Shown here: piece by piece, positions 38,883 to 51,053 of the stretch
How positions within the stretch are numbered: the first letter of the stretch is position 1
How the letters are laid out: every line of letters begins with the position of its first letter
From: an uncultured Verrucomicrobiae bacterium
GTDB lineage: Bacteria > Verrucomicrobiota > Verrucomicrobiia > Limisphaerales > Palsa-1400
Assembly (NCBI GenBank): GCA_963707025.1
Contig: CAVPOM010000012.1
Coordinates: forward strand, 1 to 64,000
Direction of reading: 5' to 3'
DNA: 64,000 nucleotides
Notes under the pieces: generated by a model
The model's database searches: none
The model's input: only the letters and a program-made list of their open reading frames with translations
What the model was told of the DNA's origin: nothing
Made by a program: the position numbers and the translations under genes

Positions 38883-40952
38883 TTAAGGCACAGCGGCGGC
38901 GCGGGGCTTCATGGGCGGGGGGTTGGCCAGCCAGCCTTCCAAACCCAGGCAGGCAAAGGCCAGCAGCAGCATGGGCAAACTCAAATCCAGCGACCGTTCC
39001 TGCCGGCTAAATTGCGACGGCGTGTTTTCGGTCGCGGAAAAAGCTTCCACCGAATAGGGCAGGTTTCCCAGCGCCGCCAGCGTGTCGCCGGAAATGAATT
39101 TGCGGCGGCCTTCCTTTTCCGAAGACCGCACCGCCACCCAGCGGGTTTCCTGGCCCAGGTGCAAGGCATACACGCCGACGCGCGGGAAGGTGGTGAATTG
39201 GCCGGCCGGGCCTTTCCAGTCCAACGGGCTGCCGCCGAGCGATTGGACCACGAGGGAAGCAGCGCCGCCCGGCAGCCCGGTCAAGGCTTCGCCCGCCACC
39301 AGCGAGGTGATGCTGGCCGGCGCGCCCGCGTGATTGAGCACCATGCCTTGCGCGAGCGCGACGAACGCCGGCTTGAGCGGCAGGGTGCTCCACGCCGGAT
39401 CAAACGCCAGACCGCTGGCCAGCAGCAGGCCCTGCCCCACGTTCTGCGCCGCCAGCATAATCTTGCCGTCCTCCAATCCGAGAAGCGGCGCGGCTTGGGC
39501 CGCAACACGCAACGGCAGAAACCGAAACACCTTGACGTTGCGCAAGGCAATTTCGCCTTTTTCGTCGCGCAGATCGTCGAAGAGGGCGCTGGCTTTGTCC
39601 AGGACCGTCAGCGCCAGGCCGTTGGATGAGCCTTGCTGGCTCTCCGGGGCAATGGCCAGCCAATCCGGTTTTGTTCCCCCGCCGGCCTGAACTCCCGGAG
39701 ACGGCGCGAGCAACGCGGTTCCTCCCTTCAGCAGGAACTGGTGCAACGCGTTGAGCCGCGCGGCGGCATCCGGGCCAGTCTGCATGGCGTCCCACGGCAG
39801 GACCACAAAGCTCGCGCGGTTGCCGGCGGCAAAGGAATCAAAAGTGGAAAAGGAAGTGGCCAATCCCGACAAACGGCCATCGCCGCCGGGCGACAACGCC
39901 AGCGGCAGGTAGCCGAAGTCCGCCGGACTGCCGAGGAACAGCACTGATTGTTGTTCCACGCCGACGAAGGCCGTGGCCGCGCGGTTGTCGGCGGGGAAAT
40001 CATCGCCGTCGAGCGAGAACAGGACCCAGCGCAGGCCGGGATTGGGCGCCACCAGAGTGACCGTGGCATTGCTCTGCTCTTGCGACGGAACGGTGACATC
40101 CACGCCGCCGCGATTGCCGGCGTCGTCGAGCCAATTCAATCGCACCTGGGCGGTGCCCAGCCCCGGGTTGGCCAATTGCACTTGCACCGGAAACCGCCGG
40201 CCGGCGACGACCGGCCGGGCCGGCATCTCCAGCTGCGTCAGCGAGACGTTGGGCCGCCCGGATGAAGGCGAAGCGACGCGGTGAACGACCAGGCCGAGGC
40301 CGCGTGGCGGCGCGGGCGGACTGACCGGAGGCTGGCCCCATTTCTCCTGCTGCAAATCGGAAAAGATCTGGATTTCCCGGCGGGCGGCGCCGCCGGTGTC
40401 GAACATTCTCATCGCCCGGTCCACGGCGGCGGCGACGCTGCCGCTGGCTTCGGTTTCGGCGATGCCGTCGAGCGCCAGTTTGAGAGCGGCCTTGTCCTGC
40501 GTCAGCCCGGCCGGCAGGGGCGCCGCCGGATCGGGCACCAGGAGAACGATCCCGGCGCGGTCCGAAGCGCGCAGTTCCGCCAGGAGGTCGCGCGCGCCAT
40601 CCAGCGCCTGCTTGAGTTTGGTCCGTCCGCCTTCGCCGGAGCCGCTCATCGAACCGGAATTGTCAATCAGCAGCACGACGGCCACCTCCCCCGCCTGGCC
40701 GTGGCCGAACCAAACCGGCCGGGCCAGCGCCAGCAACAGGAACAGAATGAGCAGGGTGCGCAAGAGCAGGATGAGCCATTCGCGCAGGCGCCGGCGCGCG
40801 TTGAGCTTGGGATCGAGGCGATGAAAAAACATCAAGGTTGGAAACGGGCGCGTTTGTCTTTTCAGGCGGAAGAAGAAATGAAACACGACCGGCAGCGCGG
40901 CCAGCGGCAGCAACGAAAGGAAGAGCGGATTAAGGGCGGTCAGGCCGGTCAT
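38883..40952 (-). CDS. BatA N-terminal + vWA domain protein
   Basis: LPVVFHFF...FPTLMF...LLALARP; LIDNSGSM; FSDLQ. Confidence 0.88.
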   Translation of the reverse strand: MTGLTALNPLFLSLLPLAALPVVFHFFFRLKRQTRPFPTLMFFHRLDPKLNARRRLREWLILLLRTLLILFLLLALARPVWFGHGQAGEVAVVLLIDNSGSMSGSGEGGRTKLKQALDGARDLLAELRASDRAGIVLLVPDPAAPLPAGLTQDKAALKLALDGIAETEASGSVAAAVDRAMRMFDTGGAARREIQIFSDLQQEKWGQPPVSPPAPPRGLGLVVHRVASPSSGRPNVSLTQLEMPARPVVAGRRFPVQVQLANPGLGTAQVRLNWLDDAGNRGGVDVTVPSQEQSNATVTLVAPNPGLRWVLFSLDGDDFPADNRAATAFVGVEQQSVLFLGSPADFGYLPLALSPGGDGRLSGLATSFSTFDSFAAGNRASFVVLPWDAMQTGPDAAARLNALHQFLLKGGTALLAPSPGVQAGGGTKPDWLAIAPESQQGSSNGLALTVLDKASALFDDLRDEKGEIALRNVKVFRFLPLRVAAQAAPLLGLEDGKIMLAAQNVGQGLLLASGLAFDPAWSTLPLKPAFVALAQGMVLNHAGAPASITSLVAGEALTGLPGGAASLVVQSLGGSPLDWKGPAGQFTTFPRVGVYALHLGQETRWVAVRSSEKEGRRKFISGDTLAALGNLPYSVEAFSATENTPSQFSRQERSLDLSLPMLLLAFACLGLEGWLANPPPMKPRAAAVP

Positions 40953-41836
40953 AGCTGGCCAAATTTGGCGTGCAACGTCTCCTCCACCGGCGTGCGCGTG
41001 TCAATCAGAAAATAATCCGCCAGGCTCCCCAGGCAGCCGCGCCGGATTTCATCCAGATATTTCCGCACCTCGTTGGCGTAGGCTTCCCGGATTTCCCCGG
41101 CTTCCACCGGCAGGCGCGCGCCGGTTTCCAGTTCGCGCAATTCGGCCAGGCCGCCGAAGCTCAGGCTCAACTCCGCCGCGTCCAGGGGCTGCAAAACCAG
41201 GACCTCGTGCTGGTTGTGGCGCAGGTGCTGAATGCCGCGAATGATGCCGGACGGCTCGGCCAAAAGGTCGGAAATCAAAATCACCAGGCTGCGCCGCTGG
41301 ATTTTTTCCGCCGTTTGGTGGAGGGCCTGTTCGATTTGGCTGCGTCCGGCCGGCTTGATCTCTTCCAGCGCCAGGAGCATGGGCCGCAGGCCGTCCAGCG
41401 AACCGACGGGCGGGAAGGTCCGCCGGATTTCATCGTTGAACAGGGTGAGCGCGGCCGAATCGGACTGGCCGAGCAAAATCAGCATGAGCGCGGCGGCCAG
41501 ATAGCAGGCGTAATCCATTTTCGAGTGCCGCCCGGCCTCGCGGAACACCATGCTTTCCGAGATGTCCAGCAGGAAGTGGGCGCGCAGATTGGTCTCTTCC
41601 TGATACCGGCGGATGACATAGCGGTCGCTGCGGGCGTAGATCGCCCAGTCAATCAGGCTGGGCGGGTCGCCCGGCGCGTATTCGCGGTAATCGGCGAACT
41701 CCACCGAGGAACCGTGGTGCGGGGAGCGATGCAACCCCTGCATCGCGCCTTCCACCGGCCGCCGCACTGCCAGGCCCAGGCCGCGCAGGCGCTCGGCCAA
41801 TTCCGGCGGGAGAAATTTGTAGGCGGGCGCGTTCAC
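40949..41836 (-). CDS. DUF58 domain protein
   Basis: GLHRSPHHGSSVEFADYREYAPGD...IDW...YQEETN, LDISESM, ISDLL. Confidence 0.92.
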   Translation of the reverse strand: MNAPAYKFLPPELAERLRGLGLAVRRPVEGAMQGLHRSPHHGSSVEFADYREYAPGDPPSLIDWAIYARSDRYVIRRYQEETNLRAHFLLDISESMVFREAGRHSKMDYACYLAAALMLILLGQSDSAALTLFNDEIRRTFPPVGSLDGLRPMLLALEEIKPAGRSQIEQALHQTAEKIQRRSLVILISDLLAEPSGIIRGIQHLRHNQHEVLVLQPLDAAELSLSFGGLAELRELETGARLPVEAGEIREAYANEVRKYLDEIRRGCLGSLADYFLIDTRTPVEETLHAKFGQL

Positions 41837-41958
41837 CGAACCTCTCTTGTCCTGTTACAGAAATGACTTCACAACCAACCCCTCTCCCTGCCTTGCGGGG
41901 AGCGGGTGGCCGCAGGCCGGATGAGGGGTGGCTGTAAAGGTTTCATTGCAACACAACC

Positions 41959-43569
<1,611 letters not shown>

Positions 43570-43576
43570 GGAAAGG

Positions 43577-45133
43577 TCAGTGGGTCATCGCATACATGAT
43601 TATGTTGACACCGAGCTTGAGGGCGCCCTCCGGCTCATAAGCCCGCGCCAGGGGTGGATTCAAGCCCTGCCAGCCCGTTTCCAAATCTATCGGGCTGTAA
43701 ATCACCTTCAGGTCGCCATGCAGCGAGATGCCTTCCAGATAAGGCTGCGTCAGGCCGGGCCGGGCCGCCGCCGCCGCCGGAGTGTAGGCGGCGCCGGTCA
43801 GTTTGAAGACCGAGTTGAACACCGGATGGGACGCGGGCAGCGCAGCCAGGGTGGCGCCGGGCAGCAACTTCTTCAACTCGCGCCGCACGGCCGCGTCGAA
43901 CGTCTGCAATCCCAAACCGTTATTGATTAGCAGCGTCCCGCCGGCATCCAAAAACCGCTTCAGCGCGGCCACCGCGCTTGCATCCCAATGAAAATCATCC
44001 AAACCGGACAGATAAAGAAAGGTGAAGGACGACAAATCATCATGTCCGGGCTGCACCGGCACCCGCTTCAGACTGACCCGCACCGAGGTAGTCTTGCGCA
44101 CTTCCTGCAACAGGCGGCTGGCCCCGCCGGATTCGACGTTCCAGGCCCCTTCGTGTTTGATCTGCGCGAAGACAAACTCATCGGTCGGATGCTTCTCGTC
44201 CAGCGCGCCGTAGAGTTCCGGCTTGGCCTCGGCCCGGCCAATCCGCGCATAGCCCACCGCATAAGCGGCGATGTTCAGGCCAATCTTGTTCGCCGAGCTG
44301 ACGTCGTAGTAAATGGCCTGTTGCAGCAGCGGCACTTCGTGGCCATCCCAGCCGCAGCCCAAGCCATACTTGGAGAGCAGGACCCCCACGCGGGAATAAA
44401 CGTACATGCCTTCCAGCAAGGGCTGATGGGACTTGAGGTTCTTCGGGTAACTGACTTGATTCACGTCCACCATGATGTGATAGAGCGGATGGTCTTCCGG
44501 CAGAACGCGAAAACTCAACTCGGGGAACGTCTTCTCCATGGCTTCGCGGAAGGACTGGTAAAAATAAGGGCCGCCCGCGATGTTGTCCGCCACGATCATC
44601 CCGCCGCGCAGCACGTAGCGCCGCAGCAATTCCAATTCGGCCGGCGAAAACTTGATCGTGCGCACCCCGCTGAAAAAGAGGATCGGAACCTTGGCCGGAT
44701 CGCCGTCGAAGGTGGCCAGGCTGAAACTGTCGGCCCCATAAGTCACGCCCAGCCGCTCGCTGGCCGAGCGCATCAGTTGCTGCAGGTCGCCCGGACAAAG
44801 GTTCCAATCCGCGATCCGCGTTTGCGCGCCGGAGCCGTAGGTGAAAGAGGCGTCCTCGCCCCAGACGATCTTGGCGGCCAGCTTGGGCGCGCTCGGTTCG
44901 CGCTTGCGTTCGGTGCGCCGCAGCGGCGTGGCGGGCAGCGGCAGCGGAGGAAAGGATTCGCCGCCGGAAATCCGGCGCTTGGCCGCCTCGGGCGGCGGCC
45001 CCAGCGGAACGAACCAATCATTCTCGCCTGCCCGGGAAAAAAGGGAGCCGCCCAGGAGCAAGGCCAGAAACCAAGCCGCCCGCCTCTCCCTGGGGAGGCG
45101 GAACCGAAGCCGAACAAAGTCTGGCGTTTTCAT
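43577..45133 (-). CDS. Tandem DUF4159 domain protein
   Basis: Two repeats (LRRYVLRGG...LPEDHPLY; LKRFLDAGG...LPASHPVF), LKLGVNIIMYAMTH. Confidence 0.82.
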   Translation of the reverse strand: MKTPDFVRLRFRLPRERRAAWFLALLLGGSLFSRAGENDWFVPLGPPPEAAKRRISGGESFPPLPLPATPLRRTERKREPSAPKLAAKIVWGEDASFTYGSGAQTRIADWNLCPGDLQQLMRSASERLGVTYGADSFSLATFDGDPAKVPILFFSGVRTIKFSPAELELLRRYVLRGGMIVADNIAGGPYFYQSFREAMEKTFPELSFRVLPEDHPLYHIMVDVNQVSYPKNLKSHQPLLEGMYVYSRVGVLLSKYGLGCGWDGHEVPLLQQAIYYDVSSANKIGLNIAAYAVGYARIGRAEAKPELYGALDEKHPTDEFVFAQIKHEGAWNVESGGASRLLQEVRKTTSVRVSLKRVPVQPGHDDLSSFTFLYLSGLDDFHWDASAVAALKRFLDAGGTLLINNGLGLQTFDAAVRRELKKLLPGATLAALPASHPVFNSVFKLTGAAYTPAAAAARPGLTQPYLEGISLHGDLKVIYSPIDLETGWQGLNPPLARAYEPEGALKLGVNIIMYAMTH

Positions 45134-45273
45134 TTATTGGTCCAACACCTCAGTCTTGTGAGGCAAGGCGCGCACTCCGTGCCCCATTTTCAAGTTAAGG
45201 GCCGGCAACCCGGAGTCAAGTTTGCTTTTGATTTTGCGCTTTCATTAGGCGGCTTTTTGATGCAAAGTTAATT

Positions 45274-45486
45274 ATGAACATGCGGACATCAGTCGCGGCC
45301 CCGCCGGCCCCGCCGGAAAGGCTGGCGCTGGCCCAGCAGGCCTACGCAGAGTTCCACGCCCGTTGTTTCTGGTTCATGCGCCGGGATGCGCAAATCACGG
45401 AGGAGGAAATTCCCTACATCTGCGCACGACTGCGGGCGGATGGCGGCCGCCGCGGTTTCCTGCTGGCCGCGCAAATATGCCGATAG
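45274..45486 (+). CDS. Small partner protein of the AbiEii-like toxin
   Basis: AYAEFHARCFWF...LRADGGR; overlaps the next gene. Confidence 0.65.
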   Translation: MNMRTSVAAPPAPPERLALAQQAYAEFHARCFWFMRRDAQITEEEIPYICARLRADGGRRGFLLAAQICR

Positions 45487-46268
45487 CCGATTTCGAGAAA
45501 ACTGTTCTCCGCCTGCTGGCCGCCAACCGGAATCCGGAAAGTTATGTCGCAGGGGCCACCGTCTTGTTGCGCAATGAAAACTCCCACCGCTGGTCTCAGG
45601 ACATTGACCTGTTTCATGATACCGCTGAAAGTTTGCAAGCTGCCGCGGACGCGGATGCGGCCGTGCTGGAGCAGCGCGGTTATCACGTCGCCTGGGACCA
45701 GCCTCAGCCCACCTTTCGACGAGCACTGATTGCGCGGGATGGCCGCATGACAAAATTGGAATGGGCCTTCGACTCCGCCTTCCGGTTCTTTCCGGTCCAG
45801 CCGGATGCCGAACTGGGTTATGTCCTCAATTTCTGGGATGCCGCCACCAACAAAGTCCTGGCCCTGGCAGGTCGCGGTGAATTGCGCGACTATCTCGATG
45901 TCCTCCAGTTGGACCGGCGGCACTTAAGTCTCGGCACCCTCGCCTGGGCCGCCTGCGGAAAAGACATCGGTTACACTCCGCAATTCCTCATCGAGGAAGC
46001 GCACCGCCTGGCGCACTACCCCGCCTCGCTGCTGGCCAAGCTGCAGTTGCGGGAGCCGGTGGATTTGGTGGAGTGCAAAAAACAATGGCTGGCCTCCGGG
46101 CGCGCAGCCCGCGCCCTCTTCGACCAACTTCCCGCCCAAGAGGTCGGCTGTCTTTATCTTGATGCCAGCGGAAAACCAGTGACGCCGGATCCGGGGTCGG
46201 CCGAATTTCCCGCGCTCCGCCGGCATTTTGGCAGCATCCGTGGCGCTTGGCCCGTCATTCGCGAATAG
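45477..46268 (+). CDS. Nucleotidyltransferase, AbiEii/AbiGii toxin family
   Basis: YVAGAT...HRWSQDIDLF; NKVLALAGR.ELRDYLD. Confidence 0.8.
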   Translation: MPIADFEKTVLRLLAANRNPESYVAGATVLLRNENSHRWSQDIDLFHDTAESLQAAADADAAVLEQRGYHVAWDQPQPTFRRALIARDGRMTKLEWAFDSAFRFFPVQPDAELGYVLNFWDAATNKVLALAGRGELRDYLDVLQLDRRHLSLGTLAWAACGKDIGYTPQFLIEEAHRLAHYPASLLAKLQLREPVDLVECKKQWLASGRAARALFDQLPAQEVGCLYLDASGKPVTPDPGSAEFPALRRHFGSIRGAWPVIRE

Positions 46269-46602
46269 ACAGAGGGTCAGAAGGACGAAAGCGGAAAAGA
46301 GGTGTCAAGGGACATTCGCCCCGGATATTTCCGCCTGGCGCAACTCGACACTCGCGCCGTAGGGCGGGCTTCCAGCCTGCCGGTCCTGGCGGCATCCTTG
46401 CCCGCAGTCTCAATTCTGGCGCGGGTGTCAAGTTGCGCCCGTTTCCGCCATAATTCCCGGGAAGAATCGGGCATTGTTTTTGCGCGAACGCCAATCGCCA
46501 CTTCAAATCCCCGTTTTAGACTTGCCTTTCCATGCGCCGAGGGGTAAAAGCTCGAAAGTCCAGGTGCCTTACGAAGATAAGGAAACCCAGTCTCTATTCT
46601 TT

Positions 46603-48135
46603 ATGAAAACCAAAAGCCAATCCCTCTTCATCCTGCTGGCGTGTCTGGCGGGCGTTGACCAAGTTGCCGCCCAAAACACGGTCTTCACTTATCAGGGCCG
46701 GGTGACGGACAACGGCACCAACTTCACCGGCACAGGCCTGTTCGAGTTCGCCCTGGTCACCAGCACCAACACCAGCGCTCAGGCCACGGCCACGGCCATC
46801 ATGGGCGGCACCACGCCCCACGAGTTTGTCACCGGCTTCAACCTTGCCTTCGGAGGCAGCGGCTATCTGACCCCGCCGGCGGTCACCATCACCGGCGGCG
46901 GCGGTTTCGGCGCCTCGGCCCAAGCCACCATCTCCGCCGGCGCGGTCAATGGCATCTCCATCATTAATCCTGGTTCCGGCTACATGGGCACGCCGACGGT
47001 GACGATTGGCCCGCCTCCGCCGAACATCGTCTATGTGACTTACTGGAGCAATGACGGCACGAGCAGCGCGGGCAGCGAGCCAGCCGCCGCCGTGGCGGTG
47101 GCCGTGACCAACGGCCTGTTCACCGTCGTTTTGGGCGACACCACCCAGGCGAACATGACGGCCATTGCCGCCTCGCTCTTCGCGTAGCCGAACCTGCAAC
47201 TGCGGATCTGGTTCAACGACGGCCTCAGTGGTTTCGCCGCTTTGAGTCCATTGCAAAACCTGACGCCCACTCCTTATGCCATCACCGCCGACATGGCCGG
47301 CACGCTCAACGGGGCTTTGCCGTCGGCCAGTTTATCAGGCACCTACGGCAATGCGGTGTCATTGAATAATGCCGGCAACATTTTTGGCGGCAGCGGCGCG
47401 GGATTGACTTCGCTTAATGCGTCCAGTCTGAGCAGTGGCACAGTGGCCGATGCTCGTTTAAGCGCCGACGTGGCGCTCCTCAATGGCAATCAGGCCTTTA
47501 CTGGAACCAATACCTTCGTTTCCAGCGTCCACGTCGCTGATAAACCTGTCTTTCTCCGCACTGGGACCAATGACGGGGTGGGCTGGTTCGGTAGCAGCCC
47601 CAATTTCGCGGGCGTGTTTGTGGACGGTCCGGTGTTATTCGGTGACAGCGGCGGCGCGTTGGGCACCGACCCAGGCGGCGTGGAAACCATCGCCCTGAGG
47701 TGGAACACCGCCGGCACCGTCATGATGGGATCGGGAACGAATACGGCGGAACCGCCCGACAAGGGCCTCATCATTCGCCGGGTCAGGTCCACCACTTTCA
47801 GTATTGGCAGCATCGTCGCCCGGACAGATACGCTCATGCTGGAGCGGGATGGCTTCTATGGGGGCTGGCGAATCGTCAATGTGGCGAATCCTGGAAGCTG
47901 CACGGTCGCTGCGACGGGACTGACGGCCACCGGCGCGACGGTGACTTTTGTATTGGCCATCGCCGGCACATCCGCGGGGACCAATGCCGTCTTTAGCGAC
48001 CCGCAGGGTGTGATTTCTTTCCGCTGCTCGTTCGGCGATAGCTACAGCTTGGCTCACATGACGGAAGTCTCCCTGACTCGCTATCCTGGTGACTACTTTT
48101 GGACCGGGACATTGACTTCGACCTTCAACCAATAA
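46603..48135 (+). pseudogene. Exported FTYQGR-type (tail-fibre-like) protein A with in-frame TAG at 47185-47187
   Basis: ORFs 46474-47187 and 47242-48135 are in the same frame: ...ASLFA*PNLQLRIWFNDG...LTPTPYA. Confidence 0.75.
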
Positions 48136-48281
48136 AAATCCCGCGCCAAGTCATGAACACAGCACTGTTCGCATTCAAACCCGGGACGCCGTCTCTGATT
48201 TTGGCCGTGCTGCTGTTCCTGCCCGCCAACTCTCTCCTTGAGGCGCGAGCGAGGACTGGAGAAAAACGTCAGGATGAGGGC

Positions 48282-48485
48282 GAACCCAAAAGCCAAGTTA
48301 GTGGAAAGGCTCGACCTCACCCCGCCCTTCTCCAGGAGAGGGTGAAAGAGCCGCCGTCCTCGCGAAATGCCGGCGCCGGAATTTGCCGGAAGCGCATGCT
48401 CCCAGCCCGAGGCGGGCGAAGTCGGTTCCTTCTCCCAGGGGGAGAAGGTTAGGATGAGGGCGAGCTGCGAAGAATTTTGTCCTGC
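48282..48485. repeat. ~205-bp dispersed repeat, copy 2
   Basis: Matches 20923-21129. Confidence 0.85.
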
Positions 48486-48592
48486 ACCCAAAACTGATTT
48501 GACGCCACTTTAAGCTTGCATATCCATTGGCCGGGGCGTAAATGGAAATACAGGCTTCTTATGAAGATAAGGAAAGCCAGTCTCTATTTTTT

Positions 48593-49867
48593 ATGAAAAC
48601 CAAAAGCCAATCCCTCTTCATCCTGCTGGCGTGTCTGGCGGGCGTTGACCAAGTTGCCGCCCAAAACACGGTCTTCACTTATCAGGGCCGGGTGACGGAC
48701 AACGGCACCAACTTCACCGGCACAGGCCTGTTCGAGTTCGCCCTGGTCACCAGCACCAACACCAGCGCTCAGGCCACGGCCACGGCCATCATGGGCGGCA
48801 CCACGCCCCACGAGTTTGTCACCGGCTTCAACCTTGCCTTCGGAGGCAGCGGCTATCTGACCCCGCCGGCGGTCACCATCACCGGCGGCGGCGGTTTCGG
48901 CGCCTCGGCCCAAGCCACCATCTCCGCCGGCGCGGTCAATGGCATCTCCATCATTAATCCTGGTTCCGGCTACATGGGCACGCCGACGGTGACGATTGGC
49001 CCGCCTCCGCCGAACATCGTCTATGTGACTTACTGGAGCAATGACGGCACGAGCAGCGCGGGCAGCGAGCCAGCCGCCGCCGTGGCGGTGGCCGTGACCA
49101 ACGGCCTGTTCACCGTCGTTTTGGGCGACACCACCCAGGCGAACATGACGGCCATTGCCGCCTCGCTCTTCGCGTAGCCGAACCTGCAACTGCGGATCTG
49201 GTTCAACGACGGCCTCAGTGGTTTCGCCGCTTTGAGTCCATTGCAAAACCTGACGCCCACTCCTTATGCCATCACGGCCGACATGGCCGGCATGGCCGGC
49301 ACGCTCACTGGGACGCTGCCAGCCAGCCAGTTGAGCGGCGCCTTTCCGGCGCAATTAAGCGGAAAGGTCCCGCTGGCCCAATTGCCCGCCGCGGTGGTGA
49401 CCAACAGCGAAACCGCGGTGAATCTGAGCGGCACCTTCAGCGGTGATGGCAGCGCGCTGACCGGCGTGGCCAAAAGCTATGTTGCCGGAGGATATTCCGG
49501 CTCGAGCCTCGCGCCGGCAGGCACGAACTACTTTGTTGGCGGGGGTCTTGTAACCCTTTCCCTTGCGGCAGGGCAAACGGTTCTTGTGTCGGCCAGTGCG
49601 GGGCTTGGGACAACCGCCGCCAGCTTGAATTTTATTTTTTCCCCCTCCTATACCCTCAATGGCGGCCCTGTTAATTTTATGGCTGGCGGCAATTACATTG
49701 TCGCGGTGGCAACCGCGACAGGCGGGAGGCATATCTATAGCGAAACCCTGAGCATGACCATCCCGACAACGGCAACGTATGTTTTCGGTTGCGGAATAAA
49801 TAATCAATCGGGAACCAATCTCAACAACAACGACTATGAGAATGTCTCCGTGTTGGTTTTTAAATGA
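48593..49867 (+). pseudogene. Exported FTYQGR-type protein B with the same in-frame TAG (49175-49177) and a different C-terminus
   Basis: First ~680 bp appear identical to protein A; unrelated, lower-GC 3' part. Confidence 0.75.
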
Positions 49868-50038
49868 ACCGCTCTGAATTCAATTTGCCGGGATTCTGGA
49901 ACTTCTGAAAAAGGACGCTTTACCCGGGGCCAAAGCGCCGGCCTGATTTCAAAAAAAAGCGCGGCTTGTTGAATTCATTTCCTGGTCCACACAGGTGTCA
50001 GTCCTCACACAGGTGTCATACACATTCACAGTCACACA

Positions 50039-51053
50039 CAGGTGTCAGTCCTCACTTTTTGCACTTTTTCCATTGACGGCGGGTGGCGGGGAGTGCAGTT
50101 TGGCGCCATGCCACGCAAACTGCGCTTACAGTATGGCGGGGCGATCTATCACGTGATGAATCGCGGGGATCGCCGCGAGGACATTTTCCAGGACGACCAG
50201 GACCGCCACTGCCTTCTCAGAACGCTGGGCGAGGTGTGCCAAAAAACCCGCTGGCAAGTGCATGCCTATTGCCTGATGCGCAATCACTTCCACCTGGTGG
50301 TGGAAACGCCGGAGGCCAACCTGGTCACGGGCATGAAGTGGTTGCTGGGCGTGTACACCAAGCGATTCAATATCCGGCACCAGTGGTGCGGGCATCTCTT
50401 TGCCGGGCGTTACAAGGCCCTGATGGTGGATGGCGGCAACGGCGGCTATCTGCGCACGGTCTGTGATTACGTGCATTTGAATCCGGCGCGGGCCAAGCTG
50501 CTGGCGCCGGCGGAGCCGCTGGAGAACTTTGCCTGGAGCAGCTATGGGGCCTATCTGAAAAGGCCCAAAGAGCGTCCTTCCTGGCTGCGGGTGGACCGGT
50601 TGCTGGGGGAGAAGGGAATTGCCAAGGACAGCGCGGCCGGACGGCGGGAATTGGCTGGCCAGATGGAATTGAGGCGACAGGAAGAGGCATCCCCCGATTA
50701 CAGGCAGATTCGGCGCGGCTGGTGTTTGGGGAGCGAGGAATTTCGGCAGGATCTGCTGGCGGCGGCAGCGGAGCAGGTTGGGAACCATCATTACGGGAGC
50801 GACCGTTCTGAGAGCAGCCAGGAGCGGGCCCGCCGGATGATCGCGCAGGAACTCAAGCGCCTGGGATGGGAGGAAAAGGAATTGACGCGGCGGCGCAAAG
50901 GCGATGGGCACAAGGTCGCGCTGGCCCAACGGCTGCGGGCGGAGACGACGATGAGTCTGGCCTGGATTGCGGAGCGATTGCGGATGGGCAGTTGGAGTTA
51001 CGTTTCCAACCTGCTCCAGAAAGAAAAGTGCAAATAGTGAGGACTGACACTTG
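50039..51053. mobile_element. Inverted-repeat-flanked HUH Y1 transposase element
   Basis: CAGGTGTCAGTCCTCACTTTTTGCACTTTT (50039-50068) and inverted copy 51024-51053 (28/30); third copy at 52402-52431. Confidence 0.8.
50108..51037 (+). CDS. REP-associated-type tyrosine transposase (Y1_Tnp) with C-terminal HTH
   Basis: YHVMNRGDRREDIF, AYCLMRNHFHL (HUH), GHLFAGRYK, YVHLNP, WSSY, SLAWIAERL. Confidence 0.9.
   Translation: MPRKLRLQYGGAIYHVMNRGDRREDIFQDDQDRHCLLRTLGEVCQKTRWQVHAYCLMRNHFHLVVETPEANLVTGMKWLLGVYTKRFNIRHQWCGHLFAGRYKALMVDGGNGGYLRTVCDYVHLNPARAKLLAPAEPLENFAWSSYGAYLKRPKERPSWLRVDRLLGEKGIAKDSAAGRRELAGQMELRRQEEASPDYRQIRRGWCLGSEEFRQDLLAAAAEQVGNHHYGSDRSESSQERARRMIAQELKRLGWEEKELTRRRKGDGHKVALAQRLRAETTMSLAWIAERLRMGSWSYVSNLLQKEKCK

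Noticed and set aside
47185..47187. Genome-wide TAG recoding
   Set aside because: TAG terminates other genes at expected positions (38239, 45486, 46268, 51037, 55111)
46603..49300. Duplicated ~680 bp as a diversity-generating retroelement TR/VR pair
   Set aside because: Copies are identical rather than differing at adenines, the shared part is N-terminal, and no reverse transcriptase is in the window
49988..50070. CAGGTGTCA repeats (also 21623-21684) as a CRISPR array
   Set aside because: Units are irregular truncated copies without unique constant-length spacers, and no cas genes are present
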